Below, piece by piece: positions 18,859 to 28,000 of a stretch of DNA of 62,274 nucleotides. The notes below the pieces were generated by a model, which was not told where the DNA came from, did not search any database, and was given only the letters and a program-made list of their open reading frames with translations. Position 1 is the first letter of the stretch. Every line of letters begins with the position of its first letter. The stretch is from an uncultured virus (IMG/VR IMGVR_UViG_3300050202_000023) (lineage: Duplodnaviria > Heunggongvirae > Uroviricota > Caudoviricetes): the IMG/VR virus record IMGVR_UViG_3300050202_000023; one strand, given 5' to 3'. Both the position numbers and the translations under genes were made by a program.

Positions 18859-21609
18859 TTAGTTACGTTTATCACCAAGAATTTTAGCTTGACTAATTTT
18901 AAGTTGTGCTATTTTTTCTCGGGAAGCCCGTTCTTTAGCTTGTTCCTGAAGGTAATCTTCGTGCTGATCTGATTCAGCTAAAAGCTTTAGTCTAGCCAGT
19001 TCCTGTTTCTGTCTATCTGTCTCAGCTTTTTGAGAAAGTCCCTGTCCAGCCTGACTTAGTTTTTCATATTCAAGTACATCAAATGTACCATTATCATTTA
19101 CGTCAGACGTGGTTGTGTTATTTTTACCACTAAAGGTTCTGATGTAAGCAATTTCTTTATCATTAAGCCGATCAAGACGGTCTTTTTCAATGAGGTAAGC
19201 ATGGGTTTCATCCTGTAGTTTTTGAGCTGCGTCAAGTTTAGCCTGTTCCTGTTGCTGTTTAATCTGTTGCTGTTTCTGAGACTCAAGTGTAGCATTATGC
19301 AACATATCTTTAATCTCAGTACGGGATTTACCCGTTGCCATAACAAACCGATCTTCAGCCGTTAACTCTGACGTGTTATTTTCTAAAGCTAGCTGTCTGC
19401 TAATTTCCAGATCACGAATATCCTGCTGACTATTAGTTACAAATACATTTAACTGTATAGATAATAAATCAGTACCATTTAGCTTTAACCAAGCTGAGCT
19501 AAAATCAGAATTAGTTGTAGCAGCAATTAAGTCCCGGTCTGTTGCCTGTACAAACTGAGCAAAGTCCAGTGACTTCTTTAATGTCCGTTGCCAGTAATTA
19601 TCAAACCGACTAAATATAGGAGCTGTCTGTACAAATGATCGGGCTACAGCCGTTTTAACACCGGTAGCAGTTTCCTGACTATTAATATCCCCCATACGCT
19701 GATTAGACATACCAACTTGTTCAAGGGCCATTTGTCTAGCCATTTGAGCCATTTGGTATTTAGCCATAGCCCGTTGAGTTGTATCAAGATCAACTACTTT
19801 TGGTAACTGGCCACCACTATTGGCCCCCATCAAGTTTGCTGGTCTGGTATCAGTAATACCAATTTGTAAACTTCGAATAGATTCCATCCATTTTACAAAC
19901 CCGTCAGGACCACTCCAGTCTTTAGTCTTTGGAATAGCATTATTGTCCATTAACAGGAATGGAAGAATATCTTCTTCAGCCATTTTGTAAGCCTGATTCA
20001 TATACAGGTTTACAGCAATCTGGAAAGGTTTTAATAAATCAACCAACGCTTGAGATGGACCATTTCTAGTATTTGGGGCTAAGCCCACAACAGGTAATTC
20101 TGCATCGTAGACAAACGCATCTGGTTTACCCTGAAACGGTAAAGGTTTTACATTGATGTAAATAGGTTTAGCATTAATTTCTACAGATGTAGAATGACTA
20201 CCTAACGGGAATAGTTTAACTCCGCCCCATACCTCATTAATCCAAGTCCACTCAATTGTTGGTTGAAAGGCTTTTTCAGAAAATGCCGAGTCTTCGTCAA
20301 CATCCTTACTGGATAAATTTCCTTCTTTAACTTTAGTCTTTGGTGGTAATACTATAGTTTCATCAACTATAACTTTTTCAATAACTCCGGTTTCCGGGTT
20401 TAGCCATGTTAACCGGCCAATTTTTTTCTGTGATTTCCAGTAAGCTTCTGTAACTTGATACTCACCTGATATACCAGTCATTCGGTATTCATACGGTACC
20501 CGACTATCAAATAACGGGTCAGTATTAAAGTTTACACTAGTTGACTGACTTACTTGTGGTAGATATTTAAAGTTTTCATTTTGCCAAGGAACCCGTTGAC
20601 CATAGGGATTACCATTAAAGTCAGTATAAGTAATGGGATTACCGTGAGCATCTTTTTTGTAATCCCCCTTACTGTATTTGCCAACTTTACCGTAAAGTCT
20701 TTCCAGTTCATCACCAGTCATTTTATCACCAAACCGGTCAATAACCTGAGCTAGTGTCTGTTTATAGGTACGGCCAATATAGTCCCGTTTTTCTATATCA
20801 GACTGGTCAGCATCATAGGGATAGAAACACTCAATTGGGTTCCATGACTCTTGTGTGTACCCAAGACCATTTAAATAGTAATGTCTAAAGCAAGACTCTG
20901 ATGTTAAATAATCTTCAAACTCTACAGACATTTTACGTCTTAGATCATGAAGTTTTTTAGTCTGTTCAAGTTGAATGTTACCCCACTTTTCTGCTATGTG
21001 AGACCACTCAGTTGACATATACTTCTGAATAGACTCAGGAGTTAACGCTTGTTTAGCCTGAGCTAATTGCTCATCATACTGCTGCTTTTCTTCATCCGAA
21101 GTAAAATCAGCTTTATCTGGTTCAAGTCCCTGATCAATTAACCCCTGATTAATTTCTTCTTCAATCTGCTGGTTAATGTATTCTTTTAGTAGTCTGGACT
21201 TTTCTCGTATTCTGGCTCCGTTTACAACGTCACCTTCTGCTTTAACCCGGTATGTATCAGGGTGCCCTTCAAGTTCTCCAACAAGTGTATTAATAACCTG
21301 CTTAATAAAGTCAAAGTGGTGAAGTCTCATTTCTTTTTGAAATGATTCCTGAGCCATTTGAACTAGACTTACATACTCGTTTGTATCTACATCTTCATAC
21401 TGCCACCGGAGAAATTCTCCCCGAACCATTCTATAATTTTCTCGAAGCTTTTGGTTAAGCCAGAATTGACGCATACCAATAGCTTCAAGACCATCCATAC
21501 AGGCTTTTTCCCAATCTTCATCTTTATCAGATAACGGGATTAGCTGTGGTGGTAAACTAATAATACTGCCTGTATTATTTTGCAGAAAAGGGTGAGGATC
21601 AAGGTGCAT
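18859..21609 (-). CDS. portal protein
   Basis: LPPQLIP..KDEDW, INTLVGE, WTWINEVWGGVK, SLV/ALVDLLKPFQ, QRMG..QETATG crAss-portal motifs. Confidence 0.88.
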   Translation of the reverse strand: MHLDPHPFLQNNTGSIISLPPQLIPLSDKDEDWEKACMDGLEAIGMRQFWLNQKLRENYRMVRGEFLRWQYEDVDTNEYVSLVQMAQESFQKEMRLHHFDFIKQVINTLVGELEGHPDTYRVKAEGDVVNGARIREKSRLLKEYINQQIEEEINQGLIDQGLEPDKADFTSDEEKQQYDEQLAQAKQALTPESIQKYMSTEWSHIAEKWGNIQLEQTKKLHDLRRKMSVEFEDYLTSESCFRHYYLNGLGYTQESWNPIECFYPYDADQSDIEKRDYIGRTYKQTLAQVIDRFGDKMTGDELERLYGKVGKYSKGDYKKDAHGNPITYTDFNGNPYGQRVPWQNENFKYLPQVSQSTSVNFNTDPLFDSRVPYEYRMTGISGEYQVTEAYWKSQKKIGRLTWLNPETGVIEKVIVDETIVLPPKTKVKEGNLSSKDVDEDSAFSEKAFQPTIEWTWINEVWGGVKLFPLGSHSTSVEINAKPIYINVKPLPFQGKPDAFVYDAELPVVGLAPNTRNGPSQALVDLLKPFQIAVNLYMNQAYKMAEEDILPFLLMDNNAIPKTKDWSGPDGFVKWMESIRSLQIGITDTRPANLMGANSGGQLPKVVDLDTTQRAMAKYQMAQMARQMALEQVGMSNQRMGDINSQETATGVKTAVARSFVQTAPIFSRFDNYWQRTLKKSLDFAQFVQATDRDLIAATTNSDFSSAWLKLNGTDLLSIQLNVFVTNSQQDIRDLEISRQLALENNTSELTAEDRFVMATGKSRTEIKDMLHNATLESQKQQQIKQQQEQAKLDAAQKLQDETHAYLIEKDRLDRLNDKEIAYIRTFSGKNNTTTSDVNDNGTFDVLEYEKLSQAGQGLSQKAETDRQKQELARLKLLAESDQHEDYLQEQAKERASREKIAQLKISQAKILGDKRN

Positions 21610-21614
21610 TGAAA

Positions 21615-21622
21615 CAAATATA
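21615..21622 (-). promoter_or_regulatory. Bacteroidota -7 element TATATTTG
   Basis: TAnnTTTG 5 nt before the portal ATG. Confidence 0.5.
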
Positions 21623-21705
21623 AAACCTTATTATAGTTTAGTATATATTACTTTTTTATCCATAAAGATTAACTTATTTCTGAGATAAGTATGATAAAAC
21701 ACAAA

Positions 21706-21734
21706 AATACCCAGCCTAATACAAACTGGGTATT
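21706..21734 (-). terminator. intrinsic terminator
   Basis: aatacccag...ctgggtatt hairpin followed by a U-tract on the minus strand. Confidence 0.6.
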
Positions 21735-21760
21735 CTAAATACTGTAAACAACAAAAATAA

Positions 21761-22159
21761 CTAATTGATAATCAATGGTTTAGTGTAGTGAGATCGTCCA
21801 AATAGCTTTACTGCCCAATACCTTAAATGGTTGTCAAGCCATGATTTTTTATAAGGTCGGGCTTTAGTCATAGCTATCAAGAATTCTTTGTCAGCCTGAG
21901 TACGGGAAACTAGGTTAGTCGTATACAGATAGTCATGTAATATATCAGCACCAAGATGGTCTCCAATTGCTGGAAATATAAACTGTAAAAGTAATGGTAC
22001 TGAAGCTCCGTCTGTAACGTATCCAACAGGTACTGTTATCCATTCACCAGTTGATAACTGTGTAGTAAACGATTCTGCCAGCCAGAAGCAATCCCACCGA
22101 AAGTTTTGTCGGTCTTCCCCTCTAAGTGGAAATTCTAGAACTAGTTTGGTGGATTCCAT
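21761..22159 (-). CDS. DUF1353 family protein
   Basis: ITVPVGYVTDGASVP, ILHDYLY, ADKEF, YWAVKLFG. Confidence 0.85.
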   Translation of the reverse strand: MESTKLVLEFPLRGEDRQNFRWDCFWLAESFTTQLSTGEWITVPVGYVTDGASVPLLLQFIFPAIGDHLGADILHDYLYTTNLVSRTQADKEFLIAMTKARPYKKSWLDNHLRYWAVKLFGRSHYTKPLIIN

Positions 22160-22343
22160 AACTTATTCCAGTTCTTTAATTCGTTTGAGTAATAAACTTG
22201 TTTCAAACTGTAAAGCTATAAGCTCTAACTGTGCCCGAACATATTCTTCAGACTTACCTACAAATGTAATTGTAGCTACAGGTGAATCAGGTAATTCAAT
22301 TCCTTTAGTTTCTGTAATTTTAACTTCGTATTTAAACATTGTG

Positions 22344-22538
22344 TTAAGGGGCTAGTTCCCAATTAGTTGCAAACATGTAATATGAAAATGGTGTTGTAGT
22401 GATGGTACCATCCTGTGCAAATACCAGAATGTTTGGTCTCCCCCAAGCATCATCAACTACTTTCCAGTAACCTTTCCATCCCGGTAGTCGTACCTTAAGA
22501 CCTTGTTCCAAGGCTACTAATGCTTCAGAAAATTTCAT
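22344..22538 (-). CDS. DUF2829 / Tad2-like anti-defence sponge candidate
   Basis: MKFSEALVALEQGLKVRLPGWKG...FATNWEL matches the Tad2/DUF2829 pattern. Confidence 0.65.
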   Translation of the reverse strand: MKFSEALVALEQGLKVRLPGWKGYWKVVDDAWGRPNILVFAQDGTITTTPFSYYMFATNWELAP

Positions 22539-22903
22539 GTAAATGATTTATTTTGAGCTGGTTGAGTATCGTAAGCAATTCTTGGAAACGTGTCCCAAGG
22601 GTTTACAGGTGTAGTCAGTATACCATCCCAAGGTTTGGAGGTTGTCCAAGGAATAGTACTTGGAAAAGGTTTTGGAGTATCACTTAATCGTTTTATTTGT
22701 TCCTCAATAAGCTTGTCTTCCAGCTCCTTAATTCTAGCTTTATGTTTGTCAACTTCTGGATCTACATCAGGAATATCATTCCCTTTAAGCATTCCGTTAA
22801 TTAGAGCTATAATCTTACCCTGTAAAATTACCTCCTGATTACCTGTCAGACCCTCAACTTCATAGTCAAGTGTACTATTTTTTTGTTTGATTATTACGTT
22901 CAT
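22535..22903 (-). CDS. hypothetical protein with Pro/Trp-rich tail
   Basis: coupled ORF in operon. Confidence 0.55.
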   Translation of the reverse strand: MNVIIKQKNSTLDYEVEGLTGNQEVILQGKIIALINGMLKGNDIPDVDPEVDKHKARIKELEDKLIEEQIKRLSDTPKPFPSTIPWTTSKPWDGILTTPVNPWDTFPRIAYDTQPAQNKSFT

Positions 22904-22907
22904 TTTG

Positions 22908-23240
22908 TTAATAACTTAAAAATTCGTCGTAGTCTATTACTTCAATAACAGGGTTTCGTTTCATAACCAGCTTTTCAATATCAGCTAATGGTACTGTAAT
23001 AAACTGATATTCACCGTTTTTATACCGTAACACAGTACCTTGTACTACTTCTGAATCAAATTTAACTTCCCATTCTTTGAAGCCACTAATATCTCCTAAA
23101 TCAATAACCTGTGTTGATTTTCGATATGATCTAGTTACACCTAAGTTTTCGTTACCCTCATCTATAAGAATAGTAGGAAACCTAAAGATTTTATAGGTAT
23201 CAGGTATAATCATGGAAAAAGGGTCTGTAGTCTCACTCAC
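22908..23240 (-). CDS. hypothetical protein
   Basis: operonic ORF. Confidence 0.55.
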   Translation of the reverse strand: MSETTDPFSMIIPDTYKIFRFPTILIDEGNENLGVTRSYRKSTQVIDLGDISGFKEWEVKFDSEVVQGTVLRYKNGEYQFITVPLADIEKLVMKRNPVIEVIDYDEFLSY

Positions 23241-23245
23241 AGTAT

Positions 23246-23500
23246 TTAGCTAATATTAGTAGTTACTGCTTTGACTGCCCACATAACCGAACTTTCAAGG
23301 TCTGTTTGGGCAAGACTAAATAACCGACTAAATTCAGGTAAGTCTTTTCCCGGTATAGGAGTACTTAGAGACTTTGATCTGTTATACTTTAAGGCTTCGT
23401 TATAAAGTTCTTCGAGTTCCTGAGCCTTTAGTTTAATTTTTTTAACATGCTCCTTTTGAGTATCATCAATGGGTGTATACTCTAATCTAAACCGATCCAT
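23246..23500 (-). CDS. Acb2/Tad1-like helical-hairpin anti-defence sponge candidate
   Basis: Y..I...Q....IK....L and R..SLAQTDLESSVMWAVKAVT signature. Confidence 0.65.
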   Translation of the reverse strand: MDRFRLEYTPIDDTQKEHVKKIKLKAQELEELYNEALKYNRSKSLSTPIPGKDLPEFSRLFSLAQTDLESSVMWAVKAVTTNIS

Positions 23501-23508
23501 ATTTTATA

Positions 23509-23874
23509 TTAACTAGCAAGATGTGAATAACTTTTTTCTAACTCTTTCATTTCATTTATAACTCGGTTCCAACGAGCTTTATTTTCCGTTTGAGGATTAA
23601 TCGAACTCATTCCCCAATTTGGCATTGCTTTTACTAAAGCTTGATAAGATACATATGCTTCTTGAAGTTGCTTTTTAGAAAACATCTCATTCCACCGTTT
23701 AGGGTCCATACAAACACCTGAAACTGTACAATAACGTTTTGGCAAATCAGCAATATTACCAGATACATTAATTATATCTTTGGTTAAGTACAACTCAATT
23801 TTATCGGCTGGAATACCCGTTGCTGCCTCATAATAAGCTTTATACTGTTCAATCTCGTTTTTTGGAAGTTCCAT
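23509..23874 (-). CDS. hypothetical protein
   Basis: operonic ORF. Confidence 0.55.
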   Translation of the reverse strand: MELPKNEIEQYKAYYEAATGIPADKIELYLTKDIINVSGNIADLPKRYCTVSGVCMDPKRWNEMFSKKQLQEAYVSYQALVKAMPNWGMSSINPQTENKARWNRVINEMKELEKSYSHLAS

Positions 23875-24068
23875 ATTATTTGTTTTTTACGTTTGTAAGT
23901 TTATGAAATACTTTTTTTGAAAACCGTTCTGGAATTATAGACTTGATACTATAAGCCCCGTTTGGTTGATAAGCTTCTTTAAGCATGTCGTAGTCTGCCT
24001 GTACTTTATCAAATAGGTTTAAGTCAAGCTCCGCAGACTTTTGTAATTCTTTTTGATGTTGCTCTGAT

Positions 24069-24602
24069 TCAGTCATGTTTTGTTGGGTGTTTTGCCAGTT
24101 TATTTTGAAACTCGACTAGCAATGTATTGTATACAGACTCATACTGTGTCCATTCGTCAATAGTCATTTGCGAACCAAGTTTGCTATAACCAAGTACCCG
24201 GTCCATTGGTGAATCAAAGTACAAATCATTTCCGGTAAGCTTATTTTTAAGAAAGTCACGACTAACTTCAGGAGCTGACTGATACCGTTGAATTGTCAGT
24301 AGCCGAGTTACTACCCAGAATTCTTGGTGAGCATCAACTACATCCTGAGCAGTAGCTTGGTTTGGATTTAGCCCATTCCAAGCAGCCTCATTAATATTTA
24401 GATACTTATCAAAGTAACGAAGCTTTTTGACAAAATTAAGTAAATCCTGTTCTGTTTCAAACTCAATTCTAATTGAGTCAAAGGCAAGCTTTTCCTGTTC
24501 TGGAGTAATCTGAAGTTCTTCAGGTACTTCCTGTACAACTTCTATAAGAGGCTCAGTCATTGCTTGTTTTATTAAATATTGAATCCATTCGGGTTGTATC
24601 AA
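24069..24602 (-). CDS. hypothetical protein
   Basis: operonic ORF; true start may be MTEPL. Confidence 0.5.
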   Translation of the reverse strand: MIQPEWIQYLIKQAMTEPLIEVVQEVPEELQITPEQEKLAFDSIRIEFETEQDLLNFVKKLRYFDKYLNINEAAWNGLNPNQATAQDVVDAHQEFWVVTRLLTIQRYQSAPEVSRDFLKNKLTGNDLYFDSPMDRVLGYSKLGSQMTIDEWTQYESVYNTLLVEFQNKLAKHPTKHD

Positions 24603-25050
24603 AAATTATATCATGTCCTTGTTTAAACCTAATTTGTTCAGATTCGTTCAATAGACCTTTGTAATCTTCAAAATATCTCGTATTCATTAACTCAATTGTT
24701 TCAATTTGAACAGCTTCAAGCGAGTCTGGTAACTTGGCTGGTCTACTTGCTACAGCCTGAGAAGCTTCATGAACTAAACCGTGTGTAAAAGGTAGTACCC
24801 GTTTAGCTCCTTTGTAATGATACATCACGTCAAAACCTCCAGATAACAATTCATGTACACCAACCAAGGTTAGTCTGTTTGTTAATGAGTTAAGATAATC
24901 ACTTAATACATCAGCCCAAGCTACTGAACCACCTTCACAAGCAAAATATAGTGTAATGTTTTCAGCAGGATCAACTTCTTCCAACACTTCTATAAGTGAG
25001 CCAACGGATTCAAAATTAAGTACATCTTCAAAAAGAACAGTCTTTGCCAT
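24553..25050 (-). CDS. ClpP/crotonase-like protease
   Basis: ITLYFACEGGSV, LLSGGF (Ser), LVHEAS (His), HDIIF (Asp) in ClpP spacing. Confidence 0.7.
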   Translation of the reverse strand: MAKTVLFEDVLNFESVGSLIEVLEEVDPAENITLYFACEGGSVAWADVLSDYLNSLTNRLTLVGVHELLSGGFDVMYHYKGAKRVLPFTHGLVHEASQAVASRPAKLPDSLEAVQIETIELMNTRYFEDYKGLLNESEQIRFKQGHDIIFDTTRMDSIFNKTSND

Positions 25051-25056
25051 AATTAA

Positions 25057-28000
25057 CTATTTGTAAAAGGGGTTACGTTTTGATGGTGAAAATCCACCGT
25101 TTGATTTTGATAAACCGTAAATAGCTTTTTTACTTTTGACCTCTACAGTCTCTTCGTATTCTTCTTCAATTTGAGGAGGATAATCTTTAGCTAAGTTTCC
25201 TTTGTATAATAGTGCATGACCAAATGCTACACAGTTGTGGGTGGCAATGTGATTAGCCGTATAACTATGTTGTTTATTTACTTCTAAGTTATAAACTAAC
25301 CCACTATAATCAAACTCTTTTATAGTACTAACAGGGAGCCAATAACCTTCTGTAGTTTTAATAAAGCTAGTTTTCTGTACTTTATCTGGGACAGGTGAAA
25401 ATTTTAAACTCCCGCAAGATACTATTTTGTTTATACCTTTCCAGTCTTGTATATCAATTTTTTTCTGAGTTCTTTGATTCCACTTACAATTATCTGGAGC
25501 TTTAATTAATCTTGTTGTACACCAAATATCATTATCTAATAATATTTGTCGTATTTGATCTATAAGGTTAATATAAACGCCTGTTACTTCTATAGTATTT
25601 CTTTGTCCGTTTTTATCGTAATTACATGATTTTTGATGCCCATCACCTTCTAAAAACCCAACTACTAAAGGTAACAACCCTTCACTACAAAACAAATCTT
25701 GATTAAGTATTTTTTCTCCTCCTTCTAAAACGGTAACATATTTTTTAACAAGATTTGAAAAAGCTTTAGAAGTACAATTTAAGTTATAGGCGTACTTATT
25801 AGGTATCTTTTTGATGCTTATACCCTTATTAGTTGTGAAACTTGTAAACTTTTTACCTGTTAAGTGGTGTGTACATATATGTCTTTTAGTAGCAAAGTCA
25901 TCAAAAGATTCTAAACACTCTTTTACATGATTGGCTAAGTTTAGCTGGTTCCCCTGAAAAGTAATTCGTAATTGTCCTTGTTTATTAATATGGCCATCAC
26001 TTAAGTACCAACCTAAAACATACAACTCTTCCTTAGAAAGCTCAGTTTGTACTAAATTATTTCTTTTAGGAATAAGTAAATAATCCCCCTTTTTAATGTC
26101 CTTAGCCAACTTCCATTTTCGGTTATTAAAGTTTTCGGGGTTATTTTTAAGACTTTGCCATTCTTTACCGTTGGGTTTAACTGAAAAAGAGTTAACTAAA
26201 TGGGGATGATTAGGTGTACTGTCTATAGTTTCGTTTTGAGATAAGATTTTTAAACTTATCATTTTTCCACTATAGTTATTAACAATTAGTTTATCAACTG
26301 TAGAGTAAACTCCTTCATGGGTTAAAACATTATCTTGTAATGTTATTTGATTAATCGGTTTATAGCCATTACCAGTTTGAATAGTAGTATGCCCCGGAAA
26401 GCATCTATCTACGTTTAACTTGTCTTTATACTGTAGCATTTCTTCAATTAACATTGGATCAGAAATTCTGGTGTAGCCATAAATGGGATTACCCATTGCA
26501 TCTACTCCAATAATTTCACTAATATACTCAATGATTCTGAGCATCCAAGCTTTTTGAAATGACACGGTTGCCGGTACACCATACGTAGACCTTGATTTAG
26601 AGTGAGGGCTATATTCTTGTATCAAACTATATGATTTAGCCAAATACTGTTCAGCTTTATGTTCTTTATCAAAGTGCTCAAGAACCATGTCATTGGTTGA
26701 TTCATGAAGCATTTTAGCTTGATAAAAATCAAGAATTTGTTGAATCTTATCCAGAAAGTTTCCAGTACGATCTAATCGGGCTACGTAGCTTAACACAATA
26801 CTATCCTGAAACGGATCATTCAAACTACCATAATTCCGTCTAAGTAAATAAAAAGCTCCTAATGATGGGCTGGTTTCTGTTTGCCCCAAGTGATAAATGT
26901 CAAGCCCACCAATATGTAAGTCCTGAGTAAACTTCTGTCTTGGTAAATCATAGACAATGGGTGGAGCATCAAGTATGTCTGTAGACTTATGAGGAAAGTT
27001 AGAAATAGCTACTCCCGTACCAAGTAATGCATGTGTTTTACCAGTTGTTGGATCTAAAAAGAACTCATAAGCCTGACCCGGTTTAGTTTCATACAACCAG
27101 TCCTGATGTTTCTTTAGTCCTTCCTTATACTTTCTAAAGGGGGATTCTATACTGGATAAAGACATTTCGGCCAACGTTCTTGGAGCAAACATCTTGGCAT
27201 TTGTTAAAGCCATTGGCTCACTATCATCCGCAGCTAAAGCCTGTTCATGATCTAGTGTTTTATTAGCTTTATCAAAATCGGTAACCTGTATAGAGATAGC
27301 ATCAAGTTGTGGGGCATCTTCTACACCCAAATACTTGGCCAGTGTTGTTTTATACTTGAAGTCTGACCGGTACCAACCACCCATAAACTTACCGGTCTTT
27401 TTATTCTCATTCTCAAACGGCATAACCCCGTTTGATTCCGGGTTCATAAACAGGTTTAGTGCATCCTTAGATTTATCTACCGAACCACCGGTAAACGCCA
27501 TAAAAGCTGCACACCTAAACCCAAACTCAGACCGTATAGCTGGTTTAACAGCTTCCCAAACACCCCTCATTTCTTCTTTAGCAATCTCTTCATAAAAAAA
27601 GAAAGTCAGACTATTATGTGTAGGGATAAAGTTATCAGTTAAAAATAAATGATCTTCATTATCTACACTAATACAAGTGGCATAATCAGACTCAACTTTT
27701 TCTATGTTTACTATAGATGTTCCGTTTTGAATACTTTGTATAGGTGTTTTTTTATGAGCTTCTTTTTTTCTAGTTAAATTAAAAACAGTCTCAGAAGGTG
27801 AGCCTATATATATTCTATACGCTAATTTACCTTTAACTTTTTTACCCTTATAAGTGCATATAGGATGTTTTATAGAAACACTACAGTTAATCCCTAAGCT
27901 TCTAATTAAAGACACTGCATCATCAACTAATATTTTGTTTGTAATACAAAGCTCTACTCGTCCTTGCTTATCAATATGCCCGTCTGAATCTAAAAGACCT

